64,000 nt of DNA from NCBI GenBank assembly GCA_024137785.1, contig JAHRHZ010000105.1, positions 6,328,219-6,392,218 of the forward strand. Reading direction: 5' to 3'. The notes beneath the pieces were generated by a model, which was not told the DNA's origin, did no database searches, and was given only the letters and a program-made list of their open reading frames with translations. Numbering within the stretch: the first letter of the stretch is position 1; every line of letters starts with the position of its first letter. This DNA is from Ginglymostoma cirratum. Taxonomy: Eukaryota. A program made the translations under genes and the position numbers. Below are positions 1 through 11,680 of this stretch, piece after piece.

Positions 1-269
1 AAAGCCTGAAGGAAGGGTCAAGGCCTTCAAACCACTAAGGTTGGAAACAGCCAAGGAGACTACACATAGCAGGGACCCTGGGTTTTAATAGGCTGCGGGT
101 TTGTAGAAAATAAGTTAATAAGAAAATAACTGAGGAAATAAAGGAGGTATTAGACATCTAGGAAGAATGAATCAGAATATTCACCAGTAAAAAGAGGGGA
201 GAGGGGAGCTGGGCGAGTGAGTGATGGGCTTGCAGAACGGAATATGTACTGCATGTTATGAAATATTTA

Positions 270-372
270 AAAGAGTTGCATTTATAGGACCCCTCTTGTG
301 GCTCAGGACGTTCAAAGCGCTTTACTGCCAATGAAGCAGTTTTGAAATTTAGTCAGTTCAAAGATAGGGAAA
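270..372 (-). mobile_element. Old Deu/AmnSINE-like SINE 3' fragment
   Basis: GAGTTGCATTTATAG...AAAGCGCTTTACTGCCAATGAAG...TTTTGAA...GGAAACAG resembles the reverse complement of the tail at 24480-24580 and the fragments near 38030 and 55640. Confidence 0.45.
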
Positions 373-1134
373 CAGATTCCGTATTATACCGTCGCAGTAA
401 CTAGAATATCTTCCTAGCTTCAGCCGCTACTGTCAGTGAGAGCTTCTTAAAGAGCCCAGGACAGACAAACGTTAGAAAGCCAAAGAACAAACAAGTTTAC
501 TGAATATCAGAAATAAGAATGTTCAAATATTCTAACTGAAAACAGTCAGAATTTCTCAGACGAAGGATATCACTTTTTGGTTATGGTTCTTAGTCTTTGT
601 TTTTACATTGCCTAAGATTAATGAATATACGTGACTCTTAAGAGCAGGATAAAATACCTTACCCTGCCATTCAATTGTTCCGAAGAATAAACTAGTTATT
701 GATTCAGTGTCGGATTATCTCGCTCCTGCACAACAATGATACGTTTGTTGGACAGTTTTGCGTGGGGTATTCTTGGCTTGTGCTTTACTTAGGGCGAGTC
801 CCATAGATGAGTGTAGATTTACAAAACAGATTGAACGGGTTATCGTATAAACTAAAATATAATTCCCACGCCCTGGCGCTGGGTACATTACCTCAAATTG
901 AATTGAGAATATAAAATACACGACAAAAACAATGCGACTACAAAAAAAAATGCAACTACGCATTTAAAGTATTGGATATCTCCCGAAAGTGGCAGAAGAA
1001 ATTCAGATCTCCGATACAATATGATACCTGAACTTGGGATAATATATGTGTATTTACGTCTCATTCAAATCAAGTTGTCAGCGATATTTCAGCATAAATG
1101 TGTAAGGTTAGGTCCATCTCCAATAACACCTTCT

Positions 1135-1546
1135 TCAGCCACTCAGGACAAAGCAGCCCACTTGACTGGCATCCCATCCACCATCTTAAGCACTTCCTTC
1201 ACCGCCGATGCACGGTGGGAGCAGGGTATAGATCAACTGCGGTGATTCACCGACGCCCCTTGGACAGCAACTTTCCAATCCACGACTTCCACCACCTTGA
1301 AGGACAAGGGCGAAAGATGGATGGAAACACCACCACTAGCTGCAGGTTCCTCTCCAATCCACTCAGCATCTTGACTTGGAAGGAAGTATATCACTGTTCC
1401 TTCACGGTCGCTGGGTAAAAATTCCGAAAAGCTCTATGTATGTCCTTACAAGTGGTTCAAGAGGCAGCTCACCACTGCCCACTGCAGGGCAATTAGTGAT
1501 GGGCACTTACTGCTGGCCTACCCAGTCATGTCAATGTCCCATGAAT
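1135..1546 (+). mobile_element. CR1/L2-clade LINE (family B) 3' fragment
   Basis: CAGGACAAAGCAGCCCACTTGACTGGC... ending in GGGCAATTAGTGATGGGCAC...TGCTGGCC...CCCATGAAT; the same tail occurs at 22600-22680 and 52680-52730. Confidence 0.7.
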
Positions 1547-2907
1547 ATATTCTCTTTAAACAACTGCTTTAGTGACCATGCCGTTTTGCAAACCACCTCT
1601 CAATTGGGTTATTTACTGGGTTAATAATCGTATCCATTCACCAGAGAACCGATGGAGCAAAGTAATAGAAAATTGTAATGTGTGACAAATGGAAAATTCA
1701 CTTGTCTCGCATTTCAGGCTGCGAAGCAATACAGAACCAAATTCAAACCGAGCACTGACAATTTTTACCTTTAACAAACATAATACAAATTTATAGTATA
1801 TTGGATTCGGTAGAATCTTTTTTAAATGCTCGCCTTGTGGCTTTTAGAATTGTCTGTTCTCAGATGCAGAGATTGTGGGTACAGTCATTGACAAGTACAG
1901 TCGACAATAGCTCATCAATTCCCGAACATGGGGTATCTCTTAGTTTTTTTTATGCTGATGCTTACATAAATTCTATTGATCAATTAGCTTTTGTATTTCC
2001 TAGGTCTCAAGTATATTGCAATAAAACTAACGTCGAATTAAATGTATAATACCTGTGAATGTATCAATGAACGGAGCAACGTTACCCATTTTCTTTCTGT
2101 TATTTCTCATTCTGCTGCCTGCGCAGACAAGGAACAAGTTTAACGTGGTTCCTCGCTTTTATATATTGCACAGAAAACTACCGGGGAAGTGAAACACGAC
2201 TTAGATGGTGTTGCAAAGCTCCACAGCATCCCATGTTCTGCATAGTTCTTTTAATACAAAAACAAGACAGTCTTGATCTCCAAAGCAAATACATTGAGTT
2301 TTATTTTTTCATGTGTGAGGGTGGAATTTCTGCTGGTGCTGCTTAGGATTCATTAAGAGTTTCTCTGAGCTCGTTGATTCCAGTCTGTTTCCTTCACGAG
2401 AATGTTTTTTAAAACAAACATAGTTAATGGAAATTGAAATCACCCTTCTTTGTTGTTCTGCCCCCTTGTTTTCCTTCAATGCATTTCTCCTCTGTGGAGA
2501 CCAGTGGGCTGAGAGCTAAAGGTGTCTACGATTTTAAAGAAAATTCGCTAGTCTTTACTGAAACCTCTGTCAGTGCAGGCCTGTGAAAACACACCATTTG
2601 CTAACAGTTTCAACCACGCGGCGAGAGTTTAGTTCTTACTTGTCAACCATCATGTTTCTAATATTTCCTTGATTGATAACTAACAGCCTTGCTCCGGGCA
2701 CCAAAATGTTTGCATTCTGATTTTAAAAAAACACGTCCGTATAGTTACTTATTAGACTATCTCAATGAAGGCAGTGCTCTACCTTTCCATGTGCATAGCT
2801 CCTTCTGTGTTAATTGATTTCAATCTTTTCATATTCTTTTCTCATCTCTTTTTCTGTTCTCCCGCGCCATGTATCTCAGTCCATCTAGAAAAGTGGGCCA
2901 GTTTTGA

Positions 2908-3212
2908 AGAAACAAAAATAGAAATTGCTGGAGAAACTCGGCAGGCTTGGCAGCATCAGTGGAGAGAGAAAGAGTTCATCTGAAGAAGGGCCACTAAACC
3001 TGAAGCATTAACTCTGCTTTCTCTCCACAGACGCTGCCAGACCCGTCGAGTTTCTCCAGCAATTTATGATTTAGATTCCTATTTCCAGCATCCCAGGTTC
3101 TTTGCTTTAGTTTACAATTCTGAAGAAGGGTCACTGGACTCGAATTGTTAACTCTGTTTTTCTCTCCACAGGTGCTGCCAGACCTGCTGAGATTCTCCAG
3201 CCAATCCTGTTT
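2908..3212. mobile_element. Old Penelope-derived terminal-repeat cluster: one inverted arm plus two tandem arms, each tandem arm with a degenerate hammerhead core
   Basis: The left arm GAAATTGCTGGAGAAACTCGGCAGG...GAGAGAGAAAGAGTT is the inverse of AACTCTGCTTTCTCTCCACAG...GAGTTTCTCCAGCAATTT. Cores CTGAAGAAGGG start at 2980 and 3120. Confidence 0.75.
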
Positions 3213-3213
3213 T

Positions 3214-3270
3214 TATCTATCTATCTATATCTATCCATCTATCTATCTGTTATCATCAACTTATCTATCA
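3214..3270. repeat. (TCTA)n-type microsatellite
   Basis: TATCTATCTATCTATATCTATCCATCTATCTATCT. Confidence 0.85.
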
Positions 3271-4336
3271 TGTATTTGTCCACCAGTCACTTATCAACCT
3301 ATCACCTGTCTATTCACCGTTTTCACATTGCTGCGGACAAATGGTTATGTCATTAACAGGTTCAGTTAAATATTAAGCCACCCCCAGTCCCGCCGATAAC
3401 TGTCGACTTCTTGTAACCTTCCTGGGTTTGAGTCGGTATAATCATTTTGTGAGACGTTGTTAGATGAGCAGTTCAGTGTTTTTGTTCAACCGTCACAATC
3501 CGTGATGAAATATGAACCCTCTCTGAAAGTAATGTTTTTATTCGAACATTATCGGGAAGAACCTTTTTAACGTAAGACTAGGAACATTAGACGTGTCGGT
3601 CAGGAAGCTGTGCAATATGATATTGAGATAAACAATAAATATCAGGGGCAAATGGACATATTATATTACCCTAAAGAAGCACATTGGAAGCTCTTCATGT
3701 AGAGTTGATTTGGGTATTTTGCAGCTAGCTTTCTGTCAGTGACACTGTGTTCTGGGGGTGGGGGTAACGAGGAAAACCAGATGTGGCTTAGGAATTCGAC
3801 GCTGTTTAAAAAAAGAATTGGGGTGGTGTCGAGACGCTGTAGGCCCTACTGAGGAGAAAAGAAATCTGTTCGAGTGGTGTCAATCCTTCCCACGACAAAC
3901 AGCAAAACCACGTAAGGCCTGGCCGGCGGTGTCAGGTGTTTATAAAGAAAAGAGACCACTGTTTTTGTTAATGCTTGAAGAAAGCTGCCCCCACTGTGTT
4001 TTAGTAACCACTCCGTCCCCTAACCCAGCAACACATACTGGATGGGGAAGTGTTCAGCAATCACAACGAGAAGCTGAAACGTCATGTGATCCAAATAGCA
4101 AAACGCATTAAACTGAACGAAAACATCCATACATTGTCATATCAGGCAATTTATTTCGGGACGGACGTTTCCTTCCGCATAAAGCGAAAACCTTCAGAAA
4201 ACCTAAAACATTCACAAAGGGAATGAGCAGGTGACTTTCCTCTGCTCACCTCCAGCTTGGCTTTTTCTCACTCCGCTGCTTGATTTCCATCGCTGGCTTT
4301 ATACCCCCGCTCTTTCTGTCCGTTTAATCGATGTTG

Positions 4337-4415
4337 GGGTCTAGGCCCGAAACGTCAAGCTTTCCTGCTCCTATGATGCTGCTTGGCCTGCTGTGTTCAT
4401 CCAGCTCTACACCTT
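4337..4415 (+). mobile_element. Penelope-derived mini-element, 5'-truncated at hammerhead stem II
   Basis: GGGGTCTAGGCCCGAAACGTCAAGCTTTCCTGCTCCTATGATGCTGCTTGGCCTGCTGTGTTCATCCAGCTCTACACCTT is nearly identical to the terminus of the Penelope at 18516-18613. Confidence 0.9.
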
Positions 4416-4929
4416 TTAATCAATGTTGTTGTCCGTTTCGGTCACAGACATGTTTTATTCTCTATCCATTCGCCCCTCTGTTTTATCTCTCTTTCTCACT
4501 GTCTCTCAGCTCTAACGCCGCAAACTTTGGGAGTTTAACGCTGTCCACCTCGCTACCACCCTCTCCTTCAAATTCCTTCCACACATGCTACCGGGCCTGC
4601 ATCATTCTCTGTGTTTGTCTCCTCTTGGAACTTACCTCGTCGGTGTCTTTATGTTCTTCGATGCAGCTGTGCAGCGCCTTGGGGTGGCCGATCACGTTGA
4701 AGGCGCTATATGAAGGCAAGTTGTTTCCGAAACATCGGCATCTTTATGTCTGTCTCTTTCCGCAAAAGCATACTCTTGCCTTTTTGATACTTTCTTGTAT
4801 CAGCTTCTTTGGTTGTATCTCTGAATCTATCCGAATCTCTCTCTTCTGGGATTGCTAGATTTGCTTCACTTTCCTTGACCCTGGAACCTAGCATGCACCC
4901 ATTAAAATGCAATCGTTTATTTTATCCGA

Positions 4930-5800
4930 GTGGTTACAAATTATAATCATTGGTTAACGTTAAACTAATTTCAGGCGCAGCAAAATATACATTTGCACAT
5001 GTGTATAAACATTGTTGAACAGAGCATCGTTCCAGCGAGTTTTCCCAGTGATTGTGATGAGGTGCCTCTGTTGGTTGCAGTGTTTTGCGAGTGCAGGAGT
5101 AACCAGGCATCTCCAGCCTGTCTTTCTCACATTCGGAAGTACCATACTCCACTGCCGGACGTGGAAGGTCTGGTTTATATTTTCCAGCGGTTGTAGATAA
5201 AAAAAAAGAACTTTACCAAGAAGCGCAACAATATGAAGAAAATATGTTTACTGGCCAGCAACTGTAGGAGAAAAGCTGGTTTTAAATAATATGACCACTT
5301 TGTATCTTTAATTTACAGTCGATGATCTCTGAAAGAACTGAGTAAATTATTTATTACTTAAATTTCATTCTCGGTGGCATTTCTGCTTCTTTTTCATGTT
5401 AAACCTGTGTGTTGACGTCTCTTCGGCTAAAAGAGAATTTCCTTGCTTCTTTCTTATGTATACTTTTGTGTGTGTGGGTGTGTGTATTTGTGCGTCTGTG
5501 TGTGTCTGTGCGTCTGTGTGTGTCTGTTTGTGCGTCTGTGTGTGTCTGTGCGTCTGTGTGAACTTTTATTGAATGTTGCTATGAGTCGGCTGATAACTGG
5601 AATTGACCGGATTACCTCAGGCGGGGCGAGATGAAATCGATACTGTCAGGCTTTACAAATTCTTGATGGTTCAATCCTAGAAAACCCAGCAGCCTCGCAC
5701 CTGGGCTGCTTCATGACTTACTTACCGCGGACAACAATCATTTCAGGATAACTCATTGATCTGAGACATTCCTGACAGATGTGACCCTTAAGGTACGGGA
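4930..5800. promoter_or_regulatory. Candidate conserved non-coding/enhancer blocks
   Basis: Non-repetitive, CpG-retaining sequence on either side of a microsatellite, with FOX-like TGTTTAC, Sox-like AACAAT and Meis-like TGACAG motifs. Conservation is not verified. Confidence 0.3.
5468..5560. repeat. Compound (TG)n/(TGTGCGTC)n microsatellite
   Basis: TGTGTGTGTGGGTGTGTG...TGCGTCTGTGTGTGTCTGTGCGTCTGTG. Confidence 0.9.
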
Positions 5801-6000
5801 TAAATGCAAGATCTTCTAATTTTGCAGTTTGATATTGTGTTAATGTCAGATAATATAATGGAAAATAGTGCATTAATTTAAATGTTCATTCAAATCTCGC
5901 GTCCACTACTTAAAAGTCTTTTTAGACGGACAAAACCTTTAATAACAAACATATTGGCCAGGTTTTAGAAAACCCTCTCGATGCAGCGAAACTATCAGGC

Positions 6001-6325
6001 ACAGAAACACAGAAAATAGGAGCAGGAGCTAATCGGCCCTTCGAGCTGCTCCACTATTTAAGATGAACATGGCCGATCATCCAATTCAGTCCCCTGTTCC
6101 CATTCTCTCCCCGTATCCTTTGACCCCTTTAAGAACTATATCTAACTCCTACTTGAAAATACTGAATGGTTTGGCCTCAACCGAGTTCTGTGGCGGAGAA
6201 TTCCACAGGATCACCACTTACTGGCTGAAGAAATTTCTCTTCATCTCGGTCCCCCGTACTCTTAGGCTGTGATCTTAGATCCGGATTCCCCGATCATTGG
6301 GAAAATCATTCCTACATCTACCCGT
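6001..6325 (-). mobile_element. CR1 LINE 3' end
   Basis: ACAGAAACACAGAAAATAGGAGCAGGAG...GGCCCTTCGAGC...AGAATTCCACAGGATCACCAC...GAAGAAATTTCTC is the reverse of the CR1 C-terminal FF..RVV.LWNSL region and 3' UTR. Confidence 0.85.
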
Positions 6326-6844
6326 CTATTTAGGTGCTAATTGCTAAAACCTTACAACTTTCTTCCCCCTTCCATGTGACTCTAGATTAGAGTGTCATCT
6401 ACATCTGAAGGAGATGCGTCGGGACCTCACAGTAATTCTGATGTGAAATGGGAAACATAGGTAATTGGATGTTCTAGAAGATTTTAAATTGCAACAGTTT
6501 AGCAAATAATATCTTGCAGGGATTCGGAGATCGGGTGAAGAGTGATAACTCTCTGGGGTTAAAGTCAGGGAAAGAGCTAACCCTTCATTAGATCTCAAAG
6601 ACATAGGGAGCGTGTAAATGAACCTCTCTCCACCCCCCACCCCTGGTCGCCTCCAATGGTGAAGATGCCATACTGTCTTGAGTCGTTGTGTTTTAACTGC
6701 AGCAGATTGTGAGGCACAAACTCATTTCCATTTTGATGAGCTGATCGTATCTTCGAGTTAGTTGTTTATTTTGGAGCCATTATCCCTGGGGTTATTGATT
6801 CTGAATTTCAACCCCCACCCTACCCCACCCCCACAGCCACAACT

Positions 6845-7035
6845 ACCCCCTCTCTCATTCTCTCTTACCCTTCTTCTCACAAAACTTTCGTTTTCTCTGA
6901 CTTTCTCTTTTCCTCTCACTCTCGCTCTGTCTCTCACTGTCTCTTTCCTCGCATTGTCTTTCTCACACACTCTTTCTCCTTCGTTTTGTCCTGTCCCCTT
7001 GTCTGCCCCTGTCCTTCTGCTTGCTCTTTCTTGGT
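6845..7035. repeat. Polypyrimidine (CT-rich) low-complexity tract
   Basis: CTCTCTCATTCTCTCTTACCCTTCTTCTC... This tract accounts for the spurious ORFs at 6758-7261. Confidence 0.8.
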
Positions 7036-7164
7036 TCCAATGATATCGTTTATCAATTCTTTCTACGTTCCGCTCTAGTTCATTCTGCCCACTCTGTCCG
7101 CCGTTCCTTTGCTCTGATCTCATGTTGCTATTCCCCCACCCCACCCATCTCCTCCTGAAACCCC

Positions 7165-7945
7165 CGCCCCTGTGAACGAGATGAACTGCTTTCACAGCTG
7201 TGTTTGTAAATAGAGCTCCCGGCTCGGAGAATCCTGCTGCGCTCCAAAGAGTTTCCTTCACTTGTAACTGACTGGCCTAAATATCTCGAAGTTCATGCGG
7301 AGCTGTTCGTTACAAAAAAGACCGGGGGCGAGAGGCACACTGTTTCAGAAACGCCGTGCTCCCACATTAAGGCTAGAAAGTAATCTAATACAGAAGGCGA
7401 ATGAGATGCAAACCTTTTAATATAATGACTTTTCTGTGTGTGGTGCGTCGCTCGGACTTAAAACGCCTGGATCCAGTGATTAAATAACAAGCGTTTGTAT
7501 CAGTCCGTAGGTGGGACACTGTTTAATTTCAGGAAGATAAATCAAAACATCCACTTTACAGCAGTTTTGCAATATGTTTCATTTCAGGGTAATTTATTGG
7601 GGAGTTTCAGTTATATTTAAATGTTTGGAAGAGCGATTACTTAACGGGGACTTCAAAGCATGTGCCTTTTTAAAAATCAATGTCTGCTTGTTAGGTCAGG
7701 ATTTTTAAAAAGAGAAATTGCTTCGTTTATCGATTCTGATCCGTGTTGTCGTTTCTCATTCTACGCGCAATAACATTCAGGGAACTGTGCTTCCTTCTTT
7801 CCCTCCGACATACAGGGTCGATTTACAAGCCACAGGAGTGTCATAGACACGGAACTGCTCAGAAGAAGTCATGTGCGTTGGTTACATAAAATCATCAACT
7901 CTTACAGCACGAGGGAATGCTAATCCGCCATCACGCCTGTGCCTA
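7165..7945. promoter_or_regulatory. Candidate enhancer block
   Basis: Unique CpG-rich sequence with a GC box (CCCCGCCCC), FOX-like GTAAATA, CATAAAATCA (Hox/Pbx-like on the minus strand) and TAATCC. Inference only. Confidence 0.3.
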
Positions 7946-8060
7946 CCCTAAATGAGAGTACTTCAGTTCATCCTGCTTCGTCGATTTTTTTTCCATTCCC
8001 CTGTGAATACAACCCCAAACACACCCCCACCACACCCCCTTCCCAAACATTAACCCAACC

Positions 8061-8276
8061 CTGATAAAACCTGTATCAGAGATAGTAGGAACTGCAGATG
8101 CTGGAGAATCTGATATAACAAGGTGTAGAGCTGGATGAACACAGCAGGCCAAGCAGCATCAGAGGAGCAGGAAAGCTAGGGTCTAGGCCCGAAACGTCAG
8201 CTTTCCTGCTCCTCTGATGGTGTTTGGCCTGCTGTGTTCATCCAGCTCTACACCTTGTTATCTCTGATAAAACCTG
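8061..8276. mobile_element. Penelope-derived hairpin mini-element with 13-bp TSD
   Basis: TSD CTGATAAAACCTG at 8061-8073 and 8264-8276. Inverted arms ~8115-8177 and ~8199-8261 enclose the loop AGGGTCTAGGCCCGAAACGTC. Confidence 0.95.
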
Positions 8277-8435
8277 CCAGGCGAGTATTTAATGTCTCGT
8301 TATGTCACACGTTGTATCACCCCCAAAATTCTCAATGCCTTAATTATATATATGTTTGGAATTAAAGGTGATGACTAAGCAAAATTAACAAACAAAAATC
8401 AGCACCAAAAGCATTAGTTCCGATTAGGTGCAAAC

Positions 8436-8531
8436 TCCGACGAAGAGTCATCTCGATTCGAAACATTTGCTTGCTCTCTCTCCATGGATGCTGCCGGACC
8501 CGCTGTGATCTCCAGCATTTGTTGTTTTCAG
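8436..8531 (+). mobile_element. Older Penelope-derived terminal fragment with degenerate hammerhead core
   Basis: CCGACGAAGAGTCATCTCGATTCGAAACATT...CTCTCTCCATGGATGCTGCCGGACCCGCTG...CTCCAGCATTTGTTGTTTTCAG. Confidence 0.7.
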
Positions 8532-8579
8532 CATCAATTCAAATTCTTGAAGCACCGGGATTACGGAGAAGGGGAGACA

Positions 8580-8840
8580 TTTTAAGGCAGTGTGTGTTTT
8601 ATGTGAAGTAATAGGGGCGAGACCCAGGCAGCCAGTCAGTTTGGTTGACAATGTCTGACAATGGAGGAACGTGCCTAATATCTGCCCCCCGTTTTGGCTC
8701 GGTAACTCCCATCAGTTATTTAATATCCCGCCGGAATATTGTCTGTACGCTGCTGCCAAGAAGGTGCAGTCAGTTATTAAATTCTAGCTTTATCATAAAT
8801 CTACCGTCAGTAGTGTAAAGGTAATTGAGAGTTCGGAGAC
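8580..8840. promoter_or_regulatory. Candidate conserved non-coding element
   Basis: Unique sequence with repeated TGACAATG, CAGTTATT twice and ATCATAAAT (Hox-like). Conservation is not verified. Confidence 0.3.
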
Positions 8841-9519
8841 ACTGGAGATGTCTAAAAAACCAAAATGCAGACATTACTGATAACTGCATTAATGTAGCAA
8901 CATCACAGGTATCGGTTAAGTAATAAATGACAAAATAATAATAATGTTAACACTGTAACATACCATTCAGAGCTTTGTTTATCTGTGTATACATTTGTAT
9001 TTTATTATCCAGCTCGTTGAGAGCTGCAATTACGTTAGGATACGAACGTTGGGACTTCCCACCTCCAGGTTGTTAACTGACATTCTGAGCAATGATTAGG
9101 TATGTTTGCAAAGCTGCACTGCAATATAATTTTCATTTCGCTTTGAAATTGCTCCGCCTTCCGTACGAAACAGAAATGCTTTCTCTTTGGCAAACTTGCA
9201 GATATCCTTAAGCAACCTTTCACATTGGACACAAATCAAGTTGTTATTTCAGACTGCACTGTAATCCAAAGCCAGTGGAGTAGAGGATTGATAACACTCA
9301 CATACCTCCCACTAAATTAGTTTGACTTCCACACTTTATTGAAATTTTCGCAAACTACTGTCCACTGAGATCTCTACGATTATGAAAGAGCTTTTTGGGG
9401 AACTTGCTGTTTTTCTTTTCAAATAAATATAACTTCAGTGTTCTATCTTTAAACCGGTTTTCACAACATTAATGGTCCCTCCCGTTCAATGTTCGCGAAT
9501 TTAGCAAATAATCTTCCAT

Positions 9520-9960
9520 TCAAAATTAGAAGCGCATTATGTAAATTAATTGAATTTGCAATAAATATACACAGCAAAACATAGGCGGAGGCCACTGCAT
9601 GTGCAGGTTGTGCGTCGCTCGAGCCTGTGTGCTGCTTGTATCATTTTATAATGCGCTGTATATTCCGATTATTTCTGTGTATTTGTGTGTGAATGTCGTG
9701 TTCCTCCGTGTGCACGTGAATTTATTGTGCGGTCAGAGTAAAGTCAATGGCTAACACTCTGAAAATTCAGAGTTGGACCAGAAGCAGTTCCTTTCCCTCT
9801 TTGGTCGGGCCCAGGAGGGTGTCAGCATCATTTATAATTTATAGCCGATGTCACTGGGTCAGGCTGTCCCAAAACAGCCTAGGTCATTCCATGCACTCGG
9901 GTGCTGGTGCCGAGTTCCCGGTCACTCCTGAAACAGTATACAGCCCATGCCCAGTGTGAA
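9520..9960. promoter_or_regulatory. Candidate conserved non-coding element
   Basis: Dense AT-rich homeodomain/POU-like motifs (ATGTAAATTAATTGAATTTGCA), an E-box CACGTG and retained CpGs. Confidence 0.3.
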
Positions 9961-11089
9961 TAGAGAATGTGTATATAAAGGCAGTGTGTATAGAGACAGA
10001 ATCTAGAGAGTGGTTAGAGTGTGTGTAGCGCGTGTGTAGAGAGTGTGGAGAGAGAGCTTGTATGTGGAGTGTGTCGAAAGAGTATGGGGAGAGTATATGT
10101 GCTAGAGTGAAGGGAGACAGACTGTCGAACAGGCATTCAGGTCAAAACGAACATTACTGATCATCCCGCTTAAACTGCAGGAAACGGCAGATTGTGTTTT
10201 GAATATGCGTGATGCGGGTTGCAGATATAAACAATATTCTCTCCCAATATATGGAGGGTGAGATTGAAATGTCTGTTTCTTATTTGTAAAGTTACCAGTC
10301 CAGCTCAGACCAATGCAGAGAGACACGAGACAAAGAAATGATCTGATTCAAAGTGACCCCCAAGCCACCGCCTCTATATAGTTCCTCTGAATTTTTACAC
10401 GATTTGGAAACGACTACAGAAAATTGTCTCACGACGACCAGTAAATCAATAGCAACTTATATTTACATATTATGTAGCATTGAAAACGTCCCAAAGGTTT
10501 AATAGGAGCCTTATAACAAAACACCAAAATCTTAGCGCTGTCAGAGTCGAGTATTACTCCACTTATTTCGAGGTTCGAAGCCGTTCTCGGGGTTCAGTTA
10601 TTGAACATGTGTGGATGATGTGTGGTGTTGCAGAGGCTCCGAATGAATCTGAAATCGAAGGTGTTCATTTCCACTAAACTGGAGGGATCCGAGTTATTCC
10701 TCAAACATCATCCTTTATTTTAAAAATAATGTAAAATGTAATTTCATGCGGAAAAGTTCAATAAAATGAACTTATCGATTCAAACCTCGGCGGGTGATGA
10801 TTTCCCTGGCTGTAACTGATCTACTCCTGTCTCTGGTTGGACTTGGATCCTCGGTGACTTGAGAAAATCAAGTGTCTGTGCCTTGTTTATTTTACATCGA
10901 GAAGGAATGGAACAAATCAAGGTGCAAACGAACACCAATTTAAAACTTGAATGGAAAAGTTGAGATTCAGTGTCCAAGCGGTGTGGACTGGAATTGCCCC
11001 AAACGTTACGATTTTCCACACATTGAGCTCTCCTGGTTAAAGTGTCCCACTCTATCTAAATTCCCAGATTTTTCTTAATTTGCAACAGG

Positions 11090-11680
11090 GGAGCGAATTT
11101 GACGATCCTGGGTTTCCTGGGAAAGTGGGGAGAGTGTAGGCGATCCAAGGGAATCGGTGTAACTGGACAAAGAATATCTATCAGCGCATCGGGCTGAGCC
11201 AGCCCCCGGCTCTCGGCTGCCTGCCCCACTGTCTTTGTGTGTCTTTCGGCCGTCGCCATGTTTCCAGCACCGAGCTCTTCACCACGCCGTCTGTTTTCTT
11301 TCTGGTTAACACTAACAACCCAGCAATTAAAAACACCAACCGCATTTCTTAAAACAAACCAGCCCCAGCGAAAGAAGGTAGCATAATTTCGGAGCACCAG
11401 ACACTGTCTTTTAAGAAGTTTGCTGTCTGCAGCGAAATGAAATGAATGCTTAATCACAAGAGGAAAAAAAAGAGGGGGAGACGGAACTTGGTGGCAATGG
11501 CGTGATTGAAGAGATGCAAAACCCTGCTTATAAGTACCCTGTACTTATCCCAGCGTTGTGCTTCTTCACTTACAACCATTTCCTTTTCATTACTTTAATT
11601 ATTCTCGGCCGGGAGCTCAAAATCTCACCGAGTAAACGAATGGTAATTTGATAAAACATCACCCTTACAAACTGCAGTAT
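11090..11680. promoter_or_regulatory. GC/CpG-rich candidate regulatory block
   Basis: CpG-dense unique sequence (GCGCATCGGGCTGAGCCAGCCCCCGGCTCTCGG...CGGCCGTCGCC). The ORF at 11056-11457 has no recognisable homology. Confidence 0.3.

Noticed and set aside
4331-4858. 175-aa ORF
   Set aside because: It consists of a Penelope mini-element plus CT-rich low-complexity sequence, with no domain signal.
6630-6665. Possible CTCF site
   Set aside because: Several mismatches at core positions in both orientations.
6758-7261. 167-aa R/E-rich ORF
   Set aside because: It is the antisense translation of a polypyrimidine tract.
8115-8261. Long hairpins (also 43121-43245) as miRNA genes or DNA-transposon MITEs
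   Set aside because: The arms are Penelope termini, and the long variable TSDs and variable junctions point to retrotransposition.
11056-11457. 133-aa ORF in the CpG-rich block as a host exon
   Set aside because: No recognisable homology or convincing exon structure; GC-rich sequence yields such ORFs by chance.
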